Of a stretch of 64,000 bases of DNA, positions 49,362 to 56,700 are shown piece after piece. The position numbers and the translations under genes were made by a program. Origin of the DNA: a virus (lineage: Duplodnaviria; Heunggongvirae; Uroviricota; Caudoviricetes); IMG/VR virus record IMGVR_UViG_3300020429_000539, positions 396,263-460,262 of that record. One strand, given 5' to 3'. Numbering within the stretch: the first letter of the stretch is position 1; the number at the start of each line of letters is the position of its first letter. The notes below the pieces were generated by a model that did no database searches, was not told the DNA's origin, and saw only the letters and a program-made list of their open reading frames with translations.

Positions 49362-50089
49362 AACAAAAACTTGCCAATAGGGAAAAGCTCGTCGGAACAT
49401 GGAGCGTTATTCCTTCGCCCGTTGTAGCTGATGCTCTAGCTTCGTACCTGGACTTCGTTATACTAGATATGGAGCATGGTCCAGTTAGCTTTGAAACAGC
49501 ACAGAACATGCTTATTGCTCTTCAGTGTAAGGGCTGTCACGGAATGATTCGTGTTCCTGATTACTCGGAATCAAATATACTGAAAGCTTTTGATATCGGC
49601 GCTGAAGGCATTATTGTTCCTCAAATCAAGCAGCATGATGCAGTTTGGGATATAATTAGTCGCTCTAAATACCCTCCCGCAGGTTGTCGAGGGTTATCTC
49701 CATACACCCGCGCGGGACGCTATGGCTCTCGTGTTGATCATATGAGTAAATCAAATGAAGAATCTGTAACGAGTGTTATCATAGAAAACAAAACTGCTTT
49801 GGATTCTCTGGATTATATCATCAAGGATCATACAGTAGAATTAATCTATTTTGGTATCTACGATATTTCTTTGGCCCTTGGTCATCCTGGCGATATTTCG
49901 CATAAGGAAGTTAGAGACACAATAGAACAAGGTATCAAAAAAGTCGCTGATGCTGGTATTTCTGTAGGGGGATTTGTTCATACCAAAGAGGAGATGGATA
50001 TGTATGGCGATATAGGTATGAACTTTTTTGCTTATGGAGTTGATGCTCACATCTTACAGAGAGGCTATGATGGCTTACAAGGGAATTAG
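49343..50089 (+). CDS. HpcH/HpaI-family class II aldolase
   Basis: DFVILDMEHG, IRVP, D.GA.GIIVPQI, YPP.G.RG, IIEN, YFGIYDIS. Confidence 0.9.
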   Translation: MPEKTLKQKLANREKLVGTWSVIPSPVVADALASYLDFVILDMEHGPVSFETAQNMLIALQCKGCHGMIRVPDYSESNILKAFDIGAEGIIVPQIKQHDAVWDIISRSKYPPAGCRGLSPYTRAGRYGSRVDHMSKSNEESVTSVIIENKTALDSLDYIIKDHTVELIYFGIYDISLALGHPGDISHKEVRDTIEQGIKKVADAGISVGGFVHTKEEMDMYGDIGMNFFAYGVDAHILQRGYDGLQGN

Positions 50090-50714
50090 ACATCGCAATC
50101 TAATCATAGTCGGAGCGGGTAAGACTATTGTAGACAATGATTCGAAGCTAAAAGATTTCATTGTAGATAATGATTGTAAGGTCATCGGCATCAACTACAT
50201 GACCAATTTTTGTCATCCCGACTACCATCTATGGACCAATCGTCAGCGACTAAAAGCTTTCGGTCAATGTATAGATGCTGCTAAGTCAAGATTGATGTTT
50301 AACTACCGCATGCCAAAAGACATTATTCGACGCTTCCATAAAGGGCCTTATATCAAAGTGGTCTATTCTGATGATGACCGTTTCGCTGAGCGATTTGCAA
50401 TACGCGAAGACCATATTAAGGGCCGATTCAGGACAGCGGGCGTTCTCGCGATAGCGATTGCGCATCTCATGGAGGCAGAGAATATTTGGGTTGCAGGTAT
50501 GGATGGGTATACGCTTCATGCCCACGATGATGTTCAATCAGGCAAAGCGACGCAGCATTGTTATGGGACAGGTCATACAGACGATGTTTCGTGGGAAGAC
50601 GGTGCTGCGAAGGACGCGGCAGTTCAGTCATGTTTAGATAACTTATCAAAGTATGTCAGTTTCAAAATAATCACACCCACGAAGTTTGAGAACCACTATG
50701 CAGGAATACTATAA
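50070..50714 (+). CDS. Maf/DUF115-like putative transferase 7
   Basis: LIIVGAGKTI, VIGIN, PDYH, HLMEAENIWVAGMDGY. Confidence 0.65.
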   Translation: MAYKGIRHRNLIIVGAGKTIVDNDSKLKDFIVDNDCKVIGINYMTNFCHPDYHLWTNRQRLKAFGQCIDAAKSRLMFNYRMPKDIIRRFHKGPYIKVVYSDDDRFAERFAIREDHIKGRFRTAGVLAIAIAHLMEAENIWVAGMDGYTLHAHDDVQSGKATQHCYGTGHTDDVSWEDGAAKDAAVQSCLDNLSKYVSFKIITPTKFENHYAGIL

Positions 50715-51333
50715 GAACTGGTGTTTTGACTTCGATGGAGTTATTCTTGATTCTAACGGCGTCAAACACGCATCGTTTTTGCAAGTTTGCCAGAAGTACG
50801 AGCCCGAGCATGCCTATGCTATGTTAGAAGTATTTAAGACTAATAGCGGCAAGTCGAGGTCTAAGATCATCGAAATAGCTGAGTCTGAAGTCGTAGGTCG
50901 TCCTATCGATAAAAGCGCTATCGAGCAAGAGTATTCTATATTATCTGACGAGCTAACTGCGCAATGCAAAGAGACAACCGGGCTTCGAGAATTTCTTGAT
51001 TCCATACCAAGAGATTGTAATAGGTTCATTATAACTGGTTCGGGTCAGATAAAAACAACTCAGATGTTAGGCGACAGAGGATTGTTGCCTTATTTTGATG
51101 CGGTTTATGGGGCTCCTGCTTCCAAGGTTGATGCATTCGCGAATTTACAAGTCAGAGGTTTTTTGGATGAGCCAACTGTGTTTATTGGCGATAGCAGATA
51201 CGATTATGAATCATCAGTAGGGTTCAATGTGGATTTTGTATTTATGAGCGACTTCACAGGGTTTGATAATTGGAAGTCGTTTTTTGACGATAAGAGTTGT
51301 AAGGTTATTCGCTGCCTTAGAGACCTGATGTGA
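50698..51333 (+). CDS. HAD-superfamily phosphatase
   Basis: FDFDGVILDSN, VFIGDS.YD. Confidence 0.88.
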   Translation: MQEYYKNWCFDFDGVILDSNGVKHASFLQVCQKYEPEHAYAMLEVFKTNSGKSRSKIIEIAESEVVGRPIDKSAIEQEYSILSDELTAQCKETTGLREFLDSIPRDCNRFIITGSGQIKTTQMLGDRGLLPYFDAVYGAPASKVDAFANLQVRGFLDEPTVFIGDSRYDYESSVGFNVDFVFMSDFTGFDNWKSFFDDKSCKVIRCLRDLM

Positions 51334-51343
51334 GGAGCATACT

Positions 51344-52186
51344 ATGAAAATAGCAGTTATTGGACATGGATATGTCGGAAAGGCCATGGCCGAGTTTTTT
51401 CAAGACCACTATGATCTCGTGGTAGTCGATACCAAATTCACGGGACCATCTTCAGTCAAAAACGAAGAGTTTGGTCGCAATCATCTATTTACTAATGATT
51501 TATGTGCTGCGAATGGCTGTGACTTGGTTGTTGTTTGCCTGCCTACCCCTCGCAGCGATGATGGCTCTTGTGATACGAGCCTAGTGGAATCGGCTATTCG
51601 TGACATCGATGCTGAGTTATTCCTTATTAAGTCAACGATCGAGCCAGGCACTACCGACCGCCTTAAAGAGGCAACTGGTAAGCGTATTGTTTTCTCACCT
51701 GAGTATTGTGGCGAGTCTAAATACTGGACAGAATACAAGTTTCATACTGATGTCAAAGAGACTCCTTGGTTTACTTTTGGTGGCGACCCAGAAGATACTG
51801 AGGCAATGGTTCGCTTCTTCATCAAGGTTGTTGGTCCAACAAAGACATACCACCAGACTGATACCCTTACTGCTGAACTCGCAAAGTATGTTGAGAATAC
51901 TTTTTATGCTATGAAAGTTACGTTCTGCTATGAAATCAACGAGTTGTGCGAGCGCATGGGTGTGGATTACTACAAGCTGCGAGAGGCATGGCTTCTTGAC
52001 CCGCGACTGAGCCCAATGCATACAGCAGTATTCCAAGAGAGCGAAAAGCCTTTCGGTGGGAAGTGCTTCCCTAAAGATGTGTCTGCAATTGCTCGATATG
52101 CTGAGAAGCTGGGTTATGATGCTAAGCTGATTCAGGAAATTTTGTTGTCCAATGACCGTATTGGAGAGCTTCGCAAAAATCGCTAA
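51344..52186 (+). CDS. UDP-glucose/GDP-mannose 6-dehydrogenase family (short, lacks C-terminal domain)
   Basis: IAVIGHGYVG, CLPTP, KSTI.PGTT, FSPE, AELAKY.EN, FGGKCFPKD. Confidence 0.9.
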   Translation: MKIAVIGHGYVGKAMAEFFQDHYDLVVVDTKFTGPSSVKNEEFGRNHLFTNDLCAANGCDLVVVCLPTPRSDDGSCDTSLVESAIRDIDAELFLIKSTIEPGTTDRLKEATGKRIVFSPEYCGESKYWTEYKFHTDVKETPWFTFGGDPEDTEAMVRFFIKVVGPTKTYHQTDTLTAELAKYVENTFYAMKVTFCYEINELCERMGVDYYKLREAWLLDPRLSPMHTAVFQESEKPFGGKCFPKDVSAIARYAEKLGYDAKLIQEILLSNDRIGELRKNR

Positions 52187-52198
52187 CGGGAAAAGCGA

Positions 52199-52888
52199 AT
52201 GTCCTGTCTTGAACTTGCCAAAAACATTGTTGTAGCAGGATATCCAAGATCAGGTACAAGCTGGCTAACCCGCTTGATCGCAGACTCTCTGCGATGCCCC
52301 ATCAACTCATACTATAACGGCAACAGGTTATGCTATAAGAATTCAGATGGCTTTGCTAATGATGTAAACCAGTTGGCTAGTTGTGTCCGTATAGATTATG
52401 CTCTGATGAAAACTCATTGCCATCCTCAAGTTGTGTTTACTGAAAACTCTGTTTTTGAAGCTAGTCGAGAACTAACAGTATTTATACACAGAGACCCTCT
52501 TGATGTGCTGGTATCTTGCATGCATTACTATAACACATCATTTGAAGATATGCTTCATAAAATGCAGCATGGTTACAGAGAAGTTTCAGGTTTTGATTAT
52601 ATCAGATATAGAAAAGACTGGTTATCCGAAAAGGTCATAGCAACTACTTATGAGAAGCTTTTGCAAAAAACAGACTGGGAGTTGCTTGCAATCATTCACA
52701 CTTTAGGATTTGTTGAAACTACGCTTGATGATGTTCAGAATGCTATTGAGCAACAGAGCTTTGCTTTTAAGAAAGCTTCAGGTATCAATGCCAACCATTA
52801 CCGAAAAGGACAGATAGGTTCTTATGTTGATGAGTTGTCAACAGAGCAAATCAATCGTGCTAGATGTTTTCTAGGTAAATATTCATGA
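52199..52888 (+). CDS. PAPS-dependent sulfotransferase
   Basis: GYPRSGTSW (5'-PSB), KTH, RDPLDVLVS (3'-PB), YEKL, RKG.IG. Confidence 0.9.
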   Translation: MSCLELAKNIVVAGYPRSGTSWLTRLIADSLRCPINSYYNGNRLCYKNSDGFANDVNQLASCVRIDYALMKTHCHPQVVFTENSVFEASRELTVFIHRDPLDVLVSCMHYYNTSFEDMLHKMQHGYREVSGFDYIRYRKDWLSEKVIATTYEKLLQKTDWELLAIIHTLGFVETTLDDVQNAIEQQSFAFKKASGINANHYRKGQIGSYVDELSTEQINRARCFLGKYS

Positions 52889-54558
52889 TTCTCGGAATAT
52901 TGCCACACGGACATGACCAGAACGTTGCCCTTTTGGACGACGATGGCTGTCCTGTAACAGTTTACGAATGGGAAAGACTGTTCGGCGAAAGGTATTGTCT
53001 AAGCTATAGTCCTTTTTCTTATAACTCTATGATGACAGAGTATCCGCGAAGCAAGCATATGCGACAAGCGGATGCGTTTGTAGATAGAACAGTTGATTTC
53101 TGGAATACGTATGCTAAAGACATAACTGCTGTGGCCCTATGCGCTACGGTCTTTGTCAAGGACCATTTATACATAGAGCATTGCCGCTGTCTTCTTCGAG
53201 TTCTACGGGAAAGATATGGTAATCATATACCGCAGCATCCGGTTTTGTTCAACCATCATGAGTGTCATGCATCGCTTGCTTTTTATGGTTCGCCCTTTGA
53301 GCAAGCTAAAGTATTCTCATATGATGGAACAGGTAATGATGGATTTACCAAATTCTATCATATGTCAGAGAATACGATAGACCATATCGCTGGCTATAAA
53401 GGCAGGTTTGGTCATTCTTATGATCTGCTTGGTCGCCGCATTGGTGATTATGATGAGTTTTGGCCTGTTCCTGCTATTTCAGGCCGTCTTATGGGCCTAA
53501 GCTCATACGGTAAGCTTGATGATAAGCTTTACAAAGAGGCCAAAGCGTTTTTTGAGTTTGTTTCGGAATACGTATGGCTTAATCCTCGCGGCTGGAAAGA
53601 GTTAATGGTGGAGTACGCTAAGTATAGCAAAAGCGATCAACCACACCTGTATCATCTTGGGCCATCAGACGGATGGTTAGCAAAGAACTACGTACATAGT
53701 TTTCAGCAAATGTGGACCGATAGAGCCATTGATCTTATCAAGCGTCATCTTGCAAAAAACGAGCCGTTATGTGTAACAGGTGGTTGTGCCATGAATGGTA
53801 TAACTAATCATGCTATCTTCAAAGAAGTATCAGACAACATTTACGTTCCACCAAATCCAGGTGATTGTGGCCTTGCGCTAGGGGCGGCTTTTGCATATCG
53901 CCAATGGTTTGAGCAGAAGCCACGTAAATATTTTGGACCTCTAAACCCTTATATCGGCGCACCTATCTTGGATATCAAAGATATTCAGAAGTACCGTGAC
54001 CGAGATGACTACAAGGGTAAGGTAACTATCAGAGAGATAGCAAAGCATATTGCGAATGGCAAGGTTTTTGGAGTTATTCAGGGAAATAGCGAAATAGGCC
54101 CCAGAGCGTTAGGCAATCGCTCGATTCTTGCAGATTGCCGCAAGAAAGATATCAAGGACCGTTTGAACAAGGAAGTCAAGTTTCGAGCCTGGTATAGGCC
54201 GTATGCGCCGGTCGTGCGACAGGAAGATGTAGATAGGTATTTTGAGTTCAATGCCGCTTCTCCATATATGTCGCAGGTTGTGAAAGTAAAAGATAAAGTG
54301 AAAGACAGTATCCCCGGCGTGACTCATGTCGATAATACAGCAAGGTTGCAGACAGTTACAAGACAACAGCATCGTTGGCTCTATGACCTGCTAACCGAGT
54401 ATGAAAAATCTGTAGGTGTAGGAGTACTATTGAACACTTCGTTCAATTCAAGAGGACGACCGATGGTCACAAAACTCAAAACTGCTTTCGATACTTTGGA
54501 CTCTACGGGACTAGATGGAGTGATTGTCGAAGGGAATGAGTTGTGGCTAAAAGTGTGA
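52885..54558 (+). CDS. O-carbamoyltransferase (NodU/CmcH/TobZ family)
   Basis: HD...AL, ER, HH.CHA, DGTG, LMGLSSYG, GGCAMNG, GDCGLALG, EIGPRALGNRSIL, THVD.TAR.QTV, LLNTSFN. Confidence 0.93.
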   Translation: MILGILPHGHDQNVALLDDDGCPVTVYEWERLFGERYCLSYSPFSYNSMMTEYPRSKHMRQADAFVDRTVDFWNTYAKDITAVALCATVFVKDHLYIEHCRCLLRVLRERYGNHIPQHPVLFNHHECHASLAFYGSPFEQAKVFSYDGTGNDGFTKFYHMSENTIDHIAGYKGRFGHSYDLLGRRIGDYDEFWPVPAISGRLMGLSSYGKLDDKLYKEAKAFFEFVSEYVWLNPRGWKELMVEYAKYSKSDQPHLYHLGPSDGWLAKNYVHSFQQMWTDRAIDLIKRHLAKNEPLCVTGGCAMNGITNHAIFKEVSDNIYVPPNPGDCGLALGAAFAYRQWFEQKPRKYFGPLNPYIGAPILDIKDIQKYRDRDDYKGKVTIREIAKHIANGKVFGVIQGNSEIGPRALGNRSILADCRKKDIKDRLNKEVKFRAWYRPYAPVVRQEDVDRYFEFNAASPYMSQVVKVKDKVKDSIPGVTHVDNTARLQTVTRQQHRWLYDLLTEYEKSVGVGVLLNTSFNSRGRPMVTKLKTAFDTLDSTGLDGVIVEGNELWLKV

Positions 54559-54581
54559 AAAGTATAAGAACCTAAGCAGAG

Positions 54582-54935
54582 ATGTCGATAGAAGTGAAAC
54601 AAAGGCAGCAAGTTATGCCCCGTCGTAGACAGCAAATCCCAACAGTATTTCCGTATGAAGTAACTGATATCATCAAGATGGATGATATCTATACGGTCAT
54701 CAATTATGTTCAGCTTAGCCGTGAAACTTGCAAGTTCGTGGCAGACAAGACCGATGCATTGACAATGCAGACTTTGCTCAAGGATGTTGAGATGTCATTC
54801 GATACAAAGTCTCATGAAAATGGCGTTCAGTTCACTGTCTTCCCTCCTCCCGAGCGAGAGGTCCCCGAAGAACAGATTATATTTGCTGATGAAGATTTCC
54901 CGGATGAAAAGATTGAGCCGGGTCAGTGTTTCTGA
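54582..54935 (+). CDS. Hypothetical protein
   Basis: 117 aa ORF. Confidence 0.6.
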   Translation: MSIEVKQRQQVMPRRRQQIPTVFPYEVTDIIKMDDIYTVINYVQLSRETCKFVADKTDALTMQTLLKDVEMSFDTKSHENGVQFTVFPPPEREVPEEQIIFADEDFPDEKIEPGQCF

Positions 54936-55002
54936 GCATCAGGTTTGTAGTTCTACTTGAGTAGGATGCTTGATGTTCTTGGTTATAGTATAGGATATTC
55001 CA

Positions 55003-55407
55003 ATGGAACCTATTCGTCGTGTTGCAAGCTTCCTCGGTCCACGAGGAGAGCGTGTTGAGGCTCTTATCGCAATCAATCCTACAACTCTCGAAGACTTGAA
55101 TGCCGAGAGTCTCAAGGAAATGGGGAGTAGCGAGCCTGCTATTGTATATGCTGGTGTTGCTACGCTAATGTCAGCTATCCCTACGCCGCAAGGCCCTGTG
55201 CCTGCGATTCCTAACGAGATTCGTTTCCCGATTATCGCAGACGATCTCGAAACCGCAATTTCACAGTACGCTGATGAATTGCAGTCGTTCATTGATAACC
55301 TCAAGAAGGAGCAGGAGCAGGCGCAGCAGAAGCGCGCAACTGAAGAACTATATGTTCCAAGTCCTGCTGAGTCTGAGGCTATCAATAACCTCAAGATTTC
55401 TGACTAA
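55003..55407 (+). CDS. Hypothetical protein
   Basis: 134 aa, AGGA SD. Confidence 0.65.
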   Translation: MEPIRRVASFLGPRGERVEALIAINPTTLEDLNAESLKEMGSSEPAIVYAGVATLMSAIPTPQGPVPAIPNEIRFPIIADDLETAISQYADELQSFIDNLKKEQEQAQQKRATEELYVPSPAESEAINNLKISD

Positions 55408-55425
55408 TTACAAGGAAATCGAGCT

Positions 55426-55827
55426 ATGAAGCAGGAATATGAGCGCGTTGTTCGTGTAGTGTGTGGCGATGATTGGTGTGGGCAGCATAAGACGCCGGAT
55501 GAGAAAGATGGCGGCTTTGGCATCGCTATGGTTCTTGCCTTTCTTAGAGGCACACCAGCAAGGTTGGCTGAGCTATCTAAAGAGATAGATGTTCCTCATT
55601 ACGTTATTGAAATACCATTTAGGCGATTGCATTTGAATGGTATCTTCAATGACTGGTCATGGGTTCTTACCGAACCTTTGTTGAAGGGTGAGAGTAGGTC
55701 TGCTGATGATGCTCATAGAGCGATGTTGATATGGTGTCATATTGCAGGTTTGTCCAGTGGGTTTACTGGTAAGGGCCTTACTCGACCAGAACTCTCTGAG
55801 AGGAAAAAGCATAGAAATGACTCCTGA
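55426..55827 (+). CDS. Hypothetical protein
   Basis: 133 aa, AAGGA SD. Confidence 0.6.
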   Translation: MKQEYERVVRVVCGDDWCGQHKTPDEKDGGFGIAMVLAFLRGTPARLAELSKEIDVPHYVIEIPFRRLHLNGIFNDWSWVLTEPLLKGESRSADDAHRAMLIWCHIAGLSSGFTGKGLTRPELSERKKHRNDS

Positions 55828-56359
55828 ACGTTCTATAGCAATTGCCTTTATCAAGCAGTTTCGTGAGAATATGGACGATATGTTGCGACCATTAAGCGAA
55901 GCTGCTGATAGAGAGAGGCATTTGGAAGAGAGTTTGGAGCCATATGTTGCTTATCAGCTTGGCGTTAGCGAAGGAAGCGTAGACGAAGAATTGCTAGAGA
56001 GCATCAAGAACATCGTTCTAGCTGTGAGCGAGTCCTTGATTGAAATTCAGGCTCCCTTATATGAAAAGCTTTTGACTACGATAGTTAGCGATGTGATGCA
56101 TGATATCGAAGTTCATTTGCGAGAGAACTATAGTCAGGAAGACTTGGAGTTTTTCGCAGAAATAGTGAATGACGAAAGAATGCAGAGGCTTTTGGGCGAC
56201 AATGGTATTTTTGGCATGTTGCGCACTGCGCATGGAAATGCAAAGAAAGAACTTACTGCATGCACTTTGAATTTTCTAAATGATGAAGATGGCTTTTCGC
56301 CAACGATGATGGACTACATGCTGAAGTTTGGATTAGGGCGTAAGCCCAAAGATTCGTAA
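55817..56359 (+). CDS. Hypothetical helical protein (weak DUF2059-like segment)
   Basis: Likely start 55817 (MTPER); YSQEDLEFF segment. Confidence 0.55.
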   Translation: MTPERSIAIAFIKQFRENMDDMLRPLSEAADRERHLEESLEPYVAYQLGVSEGSVDEELLESIKNIVLAVSESLIEIQAPLYEKLLTTIVSDVMHDIEVHLRENYSQEDLEFFAEIVNDERMQRLLGDNGIFGMLRTAHGNAKKELTACTLNFLNDEDGFSPTMMDYMLKFGLGRKPKDS

Positions 56360-56385
56360 TGCCGATACATAAGGAGAAACAAGGT

Positions 56386-56625
56386 ATGGCAGCAAAAATG
56401 CGTATCAATAGGCGTATTGTAAACAGCAAGAGGCACACCACTGGATACATCGTAACTGGTGGTCGTCGTATTACTCGTGCCCAGGCTGTTCGTATGGCTC
56501 GCAAGGGTGAGCTTTCTGGCGTTCGCGCTATTCAGGGCAATGGAGTGAGTTACATTCAGTCCACCACCAACCGCAGTTTGTATGACCTCCCTATCGAGGT
56601 TGACGCGGGCGGACGCCGCCGCTAA
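56386..56625 (+). CDS. Small basic DUF3892-like protein
   Basis: TGY..TGG..ITRAQAVRMARKGEL.GV......YIQS...L.DLP; AAGGAG SD; followed by a terminator. Confidence 0.7.
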   Translation: MAAKMRINRRIVNSKRHTTGYIVTGGRRITRAQAVRMARKGELSGVRAIQGNGVSYIQSTTNRSLYDLPIEVDAGGRRR

Positions 56626-56644
56626 TCAAGGCGGGAAGAATCTG

Positions 56645-56684
56645 AAACAAGGGGAGTGACTGTTTGTCGCTCCCCTTGTTTATT
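56645..56684 (+). terminator. Intrinsic terminator (possibly bidirectional)
   Basis: AAACAAGGGGAGTGAC-TGTTT-GTCGCTCCCCTTGTTT, 16-bp stem with one G-U pair, then ATT. Confidence 0.8.
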
Positions 56685-56700
56685 GGTCGATAGGAGAGAG

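Noticed and set aside
20317-54558. Ordinary bacterial O-antigen or capsule locus
   Set aside because: No flippase, polymerase, chain-length regulator, ABC exporter or initiating transferase is visible, and the flanks carry phage-type genes. Not fully excluded without the rest of the contig.
54936-55002. Possible hairpin or promoter between hypothetical genes
   Set aside because: The stems are short and imperfect, there is no U tract, and the sigma-70 spacing is non-canonical.
56656-56700. N-terminal extension of TopA in the ORF track
   Set aside because: It overlaps the terminator hairpin; the ATG at 56701 has an AGGAG SD and matches the usual TopA start.
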